Source: Eremomyces bilateralis CBS 781.70 (lineage: Eukaryota). Taken from it: DNA of 64,000 nt. The stretch lies in assembly GCA_010015585.1 (NCBI GenBank), contig ML975152.1; one strand, written 5' to 3'. The position numbers and the translations under genes are program-made. The notes under the pieces are model-generated. The model had not been told where the DNA came from, did not search any database, and was given only the letters and a program-made list of their open reading frames with translations. Shown here piece after piece: positions 49,875 to 63,051 of the stretch (position 1 is its first letter; each line of letters starts with the position of its first letter).

Positions 49875-50504
49875 GGTTATGCTTCTATCGATACTTGATC
49901 GATTGGTGTGGTCGATGATAGTGCCACATGCCGATGAAGAATTTCAGGCGAAGCCAACCGCGGCCATTGTAGTAGTAGAATGAGTAGCTACAGTAATCTC
50001 TACTATCACACGGGATAAGATAAGAAGCTTGAGATGAAAGACGAGATCTAATGGACTGCAGCACATCATGTGATTTCTTGAGTTGCTACCTCCAATTGCA
50101 CTAAGGGGGAAGTCGCAACTATGGCACGGCGATAAAACTGGAAAGAGCGTCAGTTATAGACCTGGAACACCTCACCTTCGCTAGGTGGCATCAGACCTAG
50201 TACATGTACAGAGGGTGCAAATAACTGTCCAAGCAATGAATACTAGCATGCACGAGCAGGACAGGCTTGATAATTCACGTTTGAGAGTCGGTTGTCAACA
50301 AGAGGACCATTCGAATGGCAAGTGACAGTCTGGATTGTTTGCCTTATTTAGAAGCTATGAGACCTAGGAATCTGAGCGAGCGACAATAGTTGGAAGAGAA
50401 AAGCAGTGACAAAGCACATATGAAATCATGATAACGAATGTCAGTCGATCTCCAGGGAAGTCAGGATTGCAGGAACTGATGCGCCGGTCTCGGCGACTAG
50501 AACC

Positions 50505-52222
50505 CTAGAACAGTTTGTGCTCGAGGGTCATGTCGGACTCGGGGGCTAGCCCTACGCATGCCCGGAAAATGTTGATCAAAGCTGACCTCTGCTTTCCTAG
50601 AGCATTGACAACGGGAGTTCCAGGAGGAGTCATGGGGGCCTGTAAAACTAGGTTAGCAACGACTGCGAGTTCCGGGATGGGATGCTATGAATTGGCACTG
50701 ACCTTCAGCATGTAGCTGAGCACACTCAAAACACTGTGGAATCCAGTGTACTTGTCCGCTCCATCAACCTTCCATTCGATTCGAGTCATCATCTCCGCAA
50801 TCAGGACAAGGTCGATGATGAGCGGCGATGCCAACAGAGAATCTTCGCAGACGTTGAACATGCTGATGGTCTGGTGACCTCCCATGAAGATCTCCGCGTA
50901 ATATTCGTCCAAAGCGCGCTTGTTGTCACCAACAGCAGGCATGTATTTGATGACCACTGTGTGATCAGGGTGCTCACCCTCCTTGTAGAGAACGGAGTTG
51001 GCCTCGACCATGTCATCGACGACGTTCGACTTGGAAATCTCCTTGGAGCGGAACTGCTTCTGGGAGCTGAGGTTCTTGCCGTCATTGTTGCCCAGATGAT
51101 TATAACTGGCAATGGAGGTGAGCTTGATGCCTGCGTTGATCAAGAAATCCACCAAGGCGGACTTCATCTTGGTCTGGCCAGATTTGAAGTCATCCCCTCC
51201 GATGAACGCTCCGTGCTTTTCAGCGAACTCAATCGCGCCAGGAACGAAGGTGTTCTGTGGAGAGCCATTGATGAAAGGGGCTTTCTCGAGCACGCATGCA
51301 ACGGAGAAAATGGTGGACGGCGAGATTTCTTCATGACCGGCTTCGATCGCCTTCAAAAGATTCTCCGCCGTATCGTTGACACCCTCGACCAAATCGGCGT
51401 AGCGCTCAGTGTTGGCAGTCCACATGACGATCACGCTGTCCAAAGAGTTTTGCTCCTTGAATTGACTGGTTCTCGTCAGCAGGTTAGTCCGAAAGAATGG
51501 GTCGTTGTGCCTTACCGAATGTCGGTCCTAATCTGCTCTACATGGGCCATGGATGCCTTGGAACCCGGCAAGACATTGTCCGCTCGATCTTCCTGGTTGG
51601 CAGCGATGAAGTCTGGATAATAGATACTCGGAAGTGGCTTCATCTGCGCCATTTCCTTGGCAACTTGGGCTTTGAGGGTCGGTTCAAGGACAGCAGCACG
51701 ATCCATAGCCTCTGAAAGGTTCATGCCGCTGATGTCCCAGCCACCGAGGACCAGATCATTGGGATGAACCATGGGAAGCATGTTATGGAAAGGAATATTG
51801 ACTTCCTTGCCCGTTTTGGCATCGGTTCCAAGTTTGACAGTCGAGGCCATCACCAACGAACCATAGTAGTTGGATGCACGTTGACCTTCACGGGTATCCC
51901 AGACAAGTCCACGCTTGTTGGCCAGGATTCCAGCCGTGACGGTGGTGCCATTGTTGCCACCCCAGCCAACAAGCATGACACCAGTCTTGGGGACGCGTCT
52001 CTCGACCTTGAAGTCATAGAGGGTCTCCTTTGGTTTGACAGAGAACTTGCCATCTGCCCCAGCCGTGACATCCGTGGTACGATACACGTACTTGGACTTG
52101 ATCTCATTGTCCGTATAGACCACGCTTGGGGATGCCACGGTAAAGGTCTCTTTACTGGCATGATTGTCGAGCGTCCCAACCCCGTTCGCCGAGCCGGCGA
52201 TACCCTCAGCGTGAGGAGCCAT
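50505..52222 (-). CDS. INO1: Myo-inositol-1-phosphate synthase
   Basis: [42 protein letters not shown] and CEDSLLA motifs. Two introns; ends MTLEHKLF*. Confidence 0.98.
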
Positions 52223-52333
52223 GACTGGAATGTGATTTTATTGCGAGTTCCAAGTTTGGCTTACTTGGCTTTGGGGGAATCCGATGCACCTCCAGAAGGA
52301 GAAGTGCGTCGGCCGGCGAACGGGTGGTGACAC

Positions 52334-52435
52334 CTAGAGGCATCAATTGTTAGCCACTGCGGGGAAATTGCAACAACATTTGCGTTCATCATAAGAAGAG
52401 GGCACTCTTCTTGATGGGAATATATGGGAGCTTAC
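52334..52435 (-). other. Probable 5'-UTR intron of INO1
   Basis: On the minus strand: GTAAGC donor (52435), GCTAAC branch site and TAG acceptor (52334), lying between a TATATAAA box (~52551-52558) and the ATG. Confidence 0.6.
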
Positions 52436-55400
52436 GAGTTTAGGAGGTTGGAAAACGTCTTGGCGACAGGGCGTGGTATAGCCCTAGTTATGATCTAAAT
52501 GTGATTGAAATTGTAGTTGTTGATGTTTGGAGGATACGCTGAACAGCTCCTTTATATAGACTACCTGCCTACCAAGTGGGGATGTGCGACAGCGGAACGG
52601 ATGATGGTCGAATACCAGTCGGGAGGTGAAGGGATACATGGGAGACTTGATGTTTAGTGTGTCTGGACCAGCCGAACTCATCCGACCTGCCACACTATCG
52701 ATAAGCACTGCAGACATCCCACCACGATGCCAGGGGTGTCCCTGTGACTGTGTGATACTGACATTTGACTGGCTTCAGAGTTCAGAGTTCAGTGCAGCCG
52801 GATAAAATGTCCATGTAAATTTAAAGACACCGTGATACCTACCTACACATACTTGCTAGGTATACCGTTACCAGTACTCCGTCGCTGTAGGCACCCGTTT
52901 ATAATATCGCTTCTTGATCTGGATGGCGACCCTCTCAAGGCAATTTACGGGATGAAGACATGTACCGTTCATTGTTCAACCCTTCCACTGTGCTTCTCCG
53001 GAGACCCGGGGTGCCTGAATGTCCTCTCAAGCTCACTACTACTCGTCTCGATCAACAACGGCGCGTTAAGCGAGTCACCCGACCAATTTGCAGGTGTTAG
53101 ATGCATTTTGATATGTCACTAATTGACGTGGCACTCCCAACCGTTTCATATTCTTAAGCATGCCTTCATAACTCCAACCCCTCCCTGGTACTATTATGGA
53201 CATCGATGGATAATTCCTCTACATGAACTTCTGTGGAGCACCATGTATCTAGGACTCTGGCTGGTCTGGACTTTCCAATTGCGGAAATTGTTCAAACGGA
53301 GATGAGGAATGAGGGAGGTTTGATTCGAGCGAAGAATTTGGTATCCGCAGACCCCGTGGGACAACCATCTGCCCCACCATTGGGCATCTGCGGATCGCTT
53401 TCTTTATTAAGCCTGAACTGATCACGCTATGAATTCAACTGATTGCTTCCCTAGCGCTCCGGGGCTTTACCTGGTACATGTAGCCAACACGAGTACTGCA
53501 CCGGTATCGCTGCTATGATGATGGCGATGTGGTACTCGTTGCTACCGTATAGTGCATGGTCATCCCAGAGCATATATGCTGCTGAGGTAGGTAAGTATCT
53601 GATATTTCGCTGCAGTGTGTTTCCACGCTCCCACCTCGCAGCATTCCCATTAGGCATCACGATGCGCCATATCACATATGAGGAAAGAGATCTGTTCCCA
53701 TGTGAATTAGCAACCGGGACATGAAGTTCACTTCTCGCTCGGAGACTTTTGTTCCAGTTACCGTGTCCATCCCTTTGATATTTGTCACAAGCTGGTAGAC
53801 CATATCCAGCCTGAACCATCCTTGTCCACGAAAGGCATGTTTATCTGAAACGATTTATCCAATCAAGACAAATGTACAGGTTCTATGGCAGAGCTTGACT
53901 GCTGCCGACACACCAAGTAAAGTATAGGATGATGCTGTTGTTGAGCTGCATCCCAATTTGCGAACGGAGAAGGAGTTGGGACTGGATTGAAATCTGGTAA
54001 AGACGAACAATTGCGAGCGCTGTCGAGCCATGTCTGGATAGTGCGAACGACTTCGACGGATGGGTATTACTCTATAACTATGAGGAATTGCACGGGGAGA
54101 TGTATAAAATGAACATAGTATAGCACTATAAATGATGGACGACATTAAAAGACGAAGGCATCTACAACCATGAATGATTTAATCCGGGAGGAGAATATGC
54201 AGCTCGCAGTGCAAAGAGAAGAGAATCAATGCGACAGTGAGAGAAATGGACTTCGATTGATGAGAATGGTCACCGGCCACCGCAGAATCTACCAATCTAC
54301 AAACGACATCTATGGACTCCTATCCCCAGCTCTTCGACTCGCAAATCACCCGACTGGGATTTTACCGGTCGTACCAAACCAGAATTGGTCGGGGGTTGCA
54401 TGGCGTACCACAGTATTCCACCAGTTCCAACTTCCACACGAGGTGGGCGTTGAAATCAGGCGGTGGAATAGGGAGTACCACAGCGGACGAACCGACGTCC
54501 TCATACGCATCTACTTACCTAATAATGATTTCGGGCCTTTTCAGACATGTAAATATACGTACATCCGTGGGATGCCGGCGAGTTGCGTTTCTGATTCCAT
54601 TTCAGAAATCCTGAGGCCGATCAAAGTCGACATTGCCAGGAATCTATGCTCATTGGATATCCGTCGAGCGACAACGGGCCGTCGCAGATGTAGATGCAGA
54701 TAGTTAGATAGAGGATAACGCTAAAGACTTTGAAAAGAAATAAAGTTGAAATGTCGTCTGATAATTCTAGTGGTCTGAGTGATTGAACGCTCAAGACGAT
54801 CAAGACATAAGGTAGCGAGATATCGGGATATAAAGCCGTTCATAGGAAAGTAGGTATGAGATAGGGAGAAAATCGAAACCTCTTCTGAGAACCAAACGCG
54901 CCAATTGGGAGTGGGGCAGAAAAATTGAGACCGCTGCATAAGACCGCTTAATCACGGTCCCTGTCGTCTTGGATACTTGATTGCTGAGCATCTGTGGTAC
55001 GATACTCAGGATTTAGGAGTCCGGCGTCCTTGGGAGTTGAGGGGGAGTCTGAGGCCGCTACACAATATTAGTATTACCGTTCCTTGGAATTGTGATCATC
55101 CTTCCCAGTCATCCGGACGACCTGTGTTATGCGCTAATTTAAAGGGCAACAAAAGGCAACAGATGCGAGGCCGAGTAGCATTCACGAGCCCAAAGTGCGA
55201 CCCTGAGGTAGGAGGGATCTGCACACGACTGGGATTTCTTTGGACATGCGATGGGCATTCAGAACTTCGGAGATAGGATTCCATAGTGGGGGAAGTAGAA
55301 AGTCGGCATATAAAACTGACGATAGTTGTGTAGAATAGGGCTGTAATACTAATGGGCCGATAGATACTGACCTTCTCTTTCTGTTGTTCCCCTTACGCTG

Positions 55401-57392
55401 TCGCCAACTCGTCCGCTCTGTCGACAGTTTCACCCTGCGACATAAGATGCTGCACCGAGACTCCGCGCTCCCATCGCATGAACATTGGTGCTTCAAAATC
55501 GTTTGAACTTACTAAGCTCCTTCTGTGTGACCCTAGAAGGACTGTACGACCGGAGGGCGGATTGTGTGGTTACTGTTTACATAGTATCAGCTCAGCATAC
55601 CTAAACTAATGATTAGTCCCATTGTCGAAATGAGAATACCTTGTGTGTTGACTGGGCCCTAGAGGCTAGCAATAATAACAATATCAACATCTGACAACTT
55701 GACATGAGTCTAATTTGTCCCGAATGGAACAATAACAAATGACGATCAGGGACAATACTACCGGGGGGTGCTCGGCATTTGCTGGAGGGTCCAATGAACG
55801 ATCCGATTGCGATGATGATTGGCGTCTTCGTTGCCAGATGCCCAGGAAGCGGAAAGGGGATTTAGGGAGAGGTTCAAGGGTGAGACGGTGAGCCGTGAGA
55901 CTTTGGGAGGAGCTCGATTGGCTAACTTGAATTGACCGTGATCAACATCCTAATCCACTCCACTCCGACACCTACATCCACCGACACCTACATCCACCAC
56001 AGTCTACATACTGTCCAGTCTCGAATAGGCGAACTCTCCGACGCATCGAAATTCGAAAGCGCTGCAAAATGCATGTTGTGTTGAGCTGCTCCAACTTGAG
56101 TTGAGAGGAACCGTTCCTGCAACCGTCAGCAATAGGACTTAGTACTCCTAGACGCGCCAGAGTGAGCGTCCCATGACCACCCTCCCATACTTCTTGGGTT
56201 TCGACGTCGGACGTTGGAGATAGGGACATCGACCGCGATTCTGAGTCTCAGACATCTGAATAGAAGGGAGGCGAGCATTGGGCAATGAGAATCCCCCTTG
56301 ATCCTCCCTCGAGCCTCGAAATGATCTTAGCCCTTACCTTAATGCATGAAACTTGCCGCTTGACAAATCGATGCGTGGAGAGCCGTAGTGCTAGTGCCTT
56401 GGTGGCGTCCATGGCTTCAGTGTAGTTCGGACGGTCTGAGGTCAGTGTGTCTCTCGCTCACTTAAACTGTTAAACATATCGAACCTTTATCCTGCCACCT
56501 CGTCGCGCTTGATGCGGTTTGCGGTTTCGCATCGTCTTTCAGACTCTTAATTGATTAATTCATGTTGAATGTCGTTGTCATTCGATCCAGTCTCTGCGTT
56601 ATTTCCTCTTAGTATCTTTATGCCCTCGGAGTATTCTTCCGAAACCTGCAGGTTCATATATTTTAATTGAAACCCGTCCACCAATCTATCTACTGGCCCC
56701 TCCTTGGCGACTTCATTTCAGGTGTCAACCAATCCTCCTCAGACATTTTAAAGTCAACCATTGGCGGCGGCTAGTGATGGTCTTTCTTCCACTTGATATG
56801 CTGAGCAGCTGCTGGTTCACTGGAGCTACTTCATCTCCTTGATGATTTCGTGCGTACTCATTTACCTATCAGATCGTTCTTGGGTGCGTGTTGGGTATTA
56901 GGAAATACATAGAACGTCAACCATTGCCGAACTGTGCCCATTCGGTACCGCTGTGGGCATATCGGATCGATGCGCCATTATCATCCAAATACTGAAGACC
57001 GCCGCTGAATACCTCTCAATATGCCCGGTACCATGCGCTCCGAGACTCTTCTTCCGTCGATAAAATGCTCCAACTGCGGAGACCAGATCGATATTGCCAA
57101 TATGGCAAACCACATCTGCACATCAACTACATCCGGTGAGCATTTTCCGCAAATCTTCGCCACGCTGGAATAAACACTGACCCGCGCGGGCAATCAAGCA
57201 GAGCCAGCAGATCACAAAGCGTTTGCTAGCACTGGACGACAAATAGCTGGTAGTTCGTCTCCCTTCAAACGGGAAGGGCCCCTGAAACCGGGACGACTGC
57301 TACCAAGGATAGATCCCGCAGCCGCAAGTATGTGCCTTTACGCAAGGCCTGGAGCTCGGCGCTGACTTTTCATAGATCGGTCGTTTATACAA

Positions 57393-59357
57393 ATGGACCA
57401 ATCTACGCCTCAAAGTAGTTATAGCGAATCCCCAGGAGGTCTTAGGAGCTTCTCCCCCATCACCCCCGGCAGCCAACGAAAGTTTCCACGTCCTATGTAT
57501 GGAGACTCGGCTCGATACAAACCATCTAGACCGCCTTCTCCGGAATTGACGTCGAATCTCGATTGTGCATTTCCGCCTTTCCCCAACAACCGCAATCCCC
57601 AGCAACGTTCACCAGAACGGAATGCGAAGCCGACTCCATTGACTCTGCGGCAGCCTTCAGTTAATCCGGACCATCTTGCTCCGTTAAGTCCACGGCTGAA
57701 CGGTGGAATGTCTGTCATGAAGCGGATGGATACCATTGCACCCGGCCCATTCGGTAGCAAGACTGGGAAGGAGGAGGAGAAACCACAGGCGCCTAGTGAA
57801 CCCAACTCTGGTCACCGGCGAAATGCGACTCTTGGAAGCACGAAGCATGCCCATCGCACTTCAACCAGCAGCGTGCAATCTTTCCTGACCAGGTCTTCTA
57901 CAACAAAGTCGGAAAAGTCTGGCACTTCCGTATTATCCAACCACCTCGACGATGCTCCACAGCCGCTCGTATGGAGGAGTTCATCTTTCCCTACGAAGCC
58001 GTTCGACGGCAACTCAGATTCCAACAATGTGTCGAATCCGAACAACCTCCACCGACCCCAGCCGCCCCCTAGATCACAAACATTTCCTTTACAACAATCC
58101 GGCGAATCTGAAAAAGCCTCTTCAATTCCTCCCCGCCCTCGTCGGCCATCTGAACTGTCTAACAACCCCTATCGCCCATTTCAAGCAATTATGCCTGAGG
58201 GTAACGATGACCCAGCCTTGCAAGGGATGCAACCCCAGACAGCCCCCAATGGCTCATATAGACAACCTAGTGGTTCAAATGGGCCACAGGCACCCAGGGC
58301 TGCCAGCCGTAACGGTATACGGATGGATCCTCGATTAGAGAATGCCCCACCTGTCCCCCCGGCACCAGCATCACATGATCGTTTGAAATACGGTCACTCC
58401 ACCTCCGATTCTTCATCATCGGACGGACTGAGCTCTACCTCCGACAGCAGAAGCCAAAGTTCAAGGTCAAGCCCGCCTGGGTCCGAGCCGGATGGCTGGT
58501 CTCGACGCCCCTCGAAAGATGACAGTTACAATCCATACTCCGGCAGCAATGTGGGTAGCCAAGACCCGCCTCTTCGATTCGGAAAGCAGACCGGTATGGA
58601 TCGACCGAATGTTCCACGACCGCTGAATACTACGCCACCTGCAGAGGACCTCCCTTCTCCGTGCCTTGAGTCACCAATGGATCCTGCCATCCAGCCAGGG
58701 CTAGGGACCAGAAATTTTGGGTATCAGTCGCGAAATGCATCCCCTTCCGCAACTGGGCGAAACCCCAGTGTGTCCCGCAATTCGTCAACAATATCAAATG
58801 GCAGAACCCTAAAGAGACGCCCTACGAACAAAGGCGATTGCCGCGGCTGTGGGGCTCCAATCTTCGGCAAATGCGTCAAGGCTGCGGACGGGCGGCTGAC
58901 GGGACGCTATCACCGCGAGTGTGAGTTATTACGGACTTATCTGCCGTATATTCCGCGTCATACTGATTTGTTGAAAATAGGCTTCACATGCAGGACTTGC
59001 ACCCAACCGTTTACGGATGGTTCGTTTTACGTCCTCGAGGATCATCCCTATTGCGGATTCCACTACCACAAACTCAACAACTCCCTCTGCGTGGCTTGCA
59101 ATTCCGGAATCGAAGGGCTATACCTCTCGACGGATGAACGCACAAAGTTCCACCCCGGCTGTTTTACCTGCACGAGATGCCACGTCGCTCTCAAGGACGA
59201 CTATTTCGAAGTCGCCGGAAGCGCGTACTGCGAGCCTCATGCTTTTGCGGCCGTGAACCGTGGAGGCCGACCCGGTGGTGGCTTCACAGCCGGCCCGTCG
59301 GTTCTAGGTCCGGGAGTGAAGGCCCAACGGAGGACGACGAAGCTGATGATGATATGA
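57393..59357 (+). CDS. Paxillin-like protein with two C-terminal LIM domains (Pxl1-like)
   Basis: CRGC...YHREC|FTCRTC...YCGFHY and CVAC...FHPGCFTCTRC...YCEPH. In-frame intron 58921-58980. C-terminal RRTTKLMM; P/S-rich N-terminus. Confidence 0.88.
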   Translation: MDQSTPQSSYSESPGGLRSFSPITPGSQRKFPRPMYGDSARYKPSRPPSPELTSNLDCAFPPFPNNRNPQQRSPERNAKPTPLTLRQPSVNPDHLAPLSPRLNGGMSVMKRMDTIAPGPFGSKTGKEEEKPQAPSEPNSGHRRNATLGSTKHAHRTSTSSVQSFLTRSSTTKSEKSGTSVLSNHLDDAPQPLVWRSSSFPTKPFDGNSDSNNVSNPNNLHRPQPPPRSQTFPLQQSGESEKASSIPPRPRRPSELSNNPYRPFQAIMPEGNDDPALQGMQPQTAPNGSYRQPSGSNGPQAPRAASRNGIRMDPRLENAPPVPPAPASHDRLKYGHSTSDSSSSDGLSSTSDSRSQSSRSSPPGSEPDGWSRRPSKDDSYNPYSGSNVGSQDPPLRFGKQTGMDRPNVPRPLNTTPPAEDLPSPCLESPMDPAIQPGLGTRNFGYQSRNASPSATGRNPSVSRNSSTISNGRTLKRRPTNKGDCRGCGAPIFGKCVKAADGRLTGRYHRECELLRTYLPYIPRHTDLLKIGFTCRTCTQPFTDGSFYVLEDHPYCGFHYHKLNNSLCVACNSGIEGLYLSTDERTKFHPGCFTCTRCHVALKDDYFEVAGSAYCEPHAFAAVNRGGRPGGGFTAGPSVLGPGVKAQRRTTKLMMI

Positions 59358-60080
59358 TTCATTCACGGTCGTCCGTTGATGTTCAACATCATCTCGCCAC
59401 CTTGATATGATGGTCATTGGGTGATCATGGCTTACGCATAACCTTTTCGATTCATTTGAATCATTCAGACGGCGCGGGTCACTCCTACGCTGCCCTTTCC
59501 ACATCCCAGCCTTCGATTGAGGCTTCGGCTGACGGACACATGATTGCTTAATCCATGGCCATGGATATTTCTTAATATGTGATACCCCGGGGGCGGCGTA
59601 CTTTGCATTCGGAATTTAGCCCCATTCAGCTTCCGGCTGGATTCGGGACATTGCCAGATATAGTTGGGACACTGGCCATTTAACAATGTGTAGTAATCTG
59701 GCTGGAAAGGGGTTTGACATGAGTGAATTAGGGTCAGCAGGCTAAGGCGGCAAGATCCAGCCCTATCAACACCCGAGATTAATGTATATAATGTGTAGTA
59801 CAGCAGCTACGAAATATCCAAAGGCTGTTTGCGAAGACCTGATGTCATTTGTAGAGTCGCAAGTGTTAATCCCAACGGTCGGTGAAGGACACAAATCGCA
59901 ATTGTCGGAAAGTCTCGAAAGGTCGACCGAAAGGTCCTGCGACCGACCACCAAGCTCCGGATGGGCTGGTTCTTCATTTTGCGCTATCACTATCGTACAA
60001 GGGGAGATGCCGAACGTCCGTCCAAATATCCAGAGTCCTTGATTAAAACGCCGCAGCTCACCCGATTCCCCTGAGCGTGC

Positions 60081-60482
60081 CTATTGTCCCGGAGCTCCGC
60101 CCTTGTCCGCCATCTGCTGGTTAAGCTCCTGGAATCGCGCGGTCAGGCGTTCCGAGGCCTTTTGGCGTTTGTCGAGACATCGCATGAGGCAGCCTTCCTC
60201 GCGGGATTGGATCGATTTAGTGGAGAAGTCGTTGATACATTCGTCGAAGCAGCCTTGGAGGAGGTTTTGGTATGTCTAGGAGCAAGTCGGTTAGCATCGA
60301 GGTCTTCTGGATACAACTGCAATTTGGGAATTATGATGTCCACATACGGTCAGCATCTCGCGCATCTGCTTCCTCTCCAGCCTCGAGTTCAACTCCCTCT
60401 GCTCCGTATCATTGAAGCTACAGAAGGAGGTAAGTCGAAGAATGAGTGACGCGTTGCAATTGAGATCTTACTTCATGTTCAT
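60081..60482 (-). CDS. TIM9: Mitochondrial intermembrane-space small Tim chaperone Tim9
   Basis: Three exons splice to [63 protein letters not shown]...RLTARFQE (twin CX3C). Not present in the ORF track. Confidence 0.92.
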
Positions 60483-61001
60483 CTTGGGTTAGAGGGGCTC
60501 TATGCTGAACCGCTAGCGTAGAAGATATTTAATGTGGGAGTTTAGGTGGTATCGTGGTTGGATTGTATGTGCAATGATGGATGATTCAATGGAGTTGCAG
60601 ACAGATGTTTTTCTGAACGGAGACACATCCTGAACCCCCGACGACGTCAAGTTCCGCCAAACCGGATTGGCTACCAGAAGCCAGAATGGCACGTGCTTCA
60701 GAGCTTCGTGTCACGACAGTCACGTGATCTGTACTGATCAGGATGCTCTATTAACATAGGAGTGATAGGACTGATATTAGCCAAGTCAAATTCTGAATGG
60801 TCATCAGCCCTGGTATGGTGATAAAAATGTTCTCGATATACTTCATCGAAGGATGAATATCTGAAATGAGATGAAATCAAACACCCCTGTTTTCGGTGCG
60901 CATTTGTCAAGCTTGCACTGGACGACCAACAATGTTTTTGCTTGAAAATATATATCTAGATCCCGTCTATATGTATGGTTTCGGTTTTAGAAACCTCATA
61001 T

Positions 61002-62215
61002 TCAAAGACGTGGCCGATCATCTTCGTTCACGAGCGCGTAGCGATATCGCGCCTTGCCATCTTCCATATCAACCACCACCTGATTGGCATCTGCCATCTT
61101 TCTCTCCTCCACCCAAGCCTTCACATTCTTGTCCGCCGCAAGCTGAAGCATTTCCCGAATCTCTCCTGGCGATCCGATGGAGGAGCCGCCGAGGTAAATT
61201 CCCGCGCCGAGCAAATCGAAAGCACCGATCGCTGGCATGTTCCCTTCGGGGGCTCCCACCTGGACGAACTTGCCCCCCGTTCGGAGCAGTCGCAGATACT
61301 TTTTCAAAGGCATATTATTGCTCGAGACCGTGCAGATGATGAGATCCAGCGTTCGGAAATTGGCGCGGACCCAGCTCGGATCGTCATCCGTGGCGATGTA
61401 GGCGTCAGCACCGAGGGCCAGAGAGTCCTGCTCTTTCGCTTTCTTGCGGGATATTCCGACGATTTTGCTGGCGCCCAGTGCTTTGGCCCAAAGGATCGCG
61501 AAATGTCCCAGACCGCCTACGCCAACGACCCCCACCGCCTTTCCCGGCCCGCAGCCATTCCGCTTCAGCGGAGCATATGTGGTGATGCCTCCACACAGCA
61601 TCGGAGCCACATCCGCGCTCCGGAGACCATCGGGGATCTTGAACACGAAGTGTCCTGGCACTCGCGAATAGGTTGCGTAACCTCCGTACGATTTGTCGCC
61701 ATTCTGATGCTTGCTGTTGTAGGTGTCCGTCGTCCCATTACGACAATGGTTCTCCAGGCCGGCTGAACATTCCTCGCAAGGGCCTTTACGGTTCCGGCAG
61801 CTGTCAGATTGGGCGCCGACCCCGACGCGGTCGCCGACAGCGACATGCTTGACCTGGGAGCCGACTCGGACGGCACGGCCGACGATTTCGTGGCCGACGA
61901 CGCAAGGGTAGTCGGTGGGGCCCTGGGTTCGGTCTGGTTAGCAAACGCTCATTTGCTGTGGGTGTTGAGGGGTATGGAAACACACCCAGCCTGATGAGAG
62001 ATAGTTAGTAAGACTGTATCGGATACGCTAGGGGAACAGGATGACATACCGCTGCGCAGAGTATGTATATCTGACCCACAGACTCCGCAGTGAGTGACCT
62101 TAATGTCCACGTCCGTCTCCTCCCAGGCTTTTGGCTGGAACTCCTTCCAGACCATCTTGCCATCAGCGGCGGACTTGTCGACACCAACCCATCCTTCGAA
62201 TTTGTAGTCCGACAT
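61002..62215 (-). CDS. NADP-dependent zinc alcohol dehydrogenase (Adh6/cinnamyl-ADH family)
   Basis: CGVCGSDIH, GW|GPTDYPCVVGHEIVG, structural Zn cysteines, APMLCGGITTYAPL, GVGGLGH and ARYRY. Two introns surround a 5-nt exon. Confidence 0.93.
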
Positions 62216-63051
62216 GTTTGATGGTTCCAATGGCTGGGCGTGTGACAATTGGGGTGTATGATTGAGCAGCGAAGGTTTTTAAATCCCAATGAATGAAAAG
62301 AAAAGATGCTACCAAAGTACTAATATCAAATATTCGTCATATCATCCGATACAAGTTCTCTTCCGAATGCTAGGGTCCGTAAGGATTCAGAATAGGGCGT
62401 CCTCGGCGGATGTGGGGACCCCAGGTAGGTATCCAAATTCCAATATCCTCGGATGAGCAATATGAGCGACGTGACCGATTGAGCGTGTCCCTCATCCTAA
62501 CCGTCTCGTCCTGCTGTCGGGCCGAAGTTTGTTCAGGGATGCGGGAACAGGCACAGCTTCTTGCCTTGCCATGCTGTACACACTTGATACAGGACCACCG
62601 GGCTGTACCTGTTATCAGTTATGTACCGGTAAGTATGCCATTTGTGCAGTCAACTTCGGATTGATGCAACAGGATGTTTGTGACTTTGTGGTCTGTGCCG
62701 GTGCGACGTTGTGTTGGTCTGTTGGACGTTGCAGATCCAATGCAGCTCTGGTGGGGAATATCACCAAACAGCCTCACAGTCAACGCAGAACCTAAACTTC
62801 CACTATCCACATGAACCTCACGCTGAACATGAACATGAAGTGAAATGCCCACAGTATAGGAACATCCAGAGACCAGAAAGGAACCCCGACCTCAACTCAC
62901 ACTAATAGCTACGGCCCAACTACAACCTTTGGCTAGAGGTATGACTTGAGACTTTTATACCCACGCCGCACCACTCTAGAACCGTTGATCAGCTCCCCTG
63001 AGAGCTTCATCGGAGCTGCTTCATGACAATATCCCTTCGTAACCTTTCAGG

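Noticed and set aside
50736..51620. 294-aa ORF antisense to INO1
   Set aside because: Shadow frame expected from strong codon bias of a highly expressed gene; no recognisable motif.
60975..61766. 263-aa ORF antisense to the ADH gene
   Set aside because: Antisense shadow of a GC3-rich CDS.
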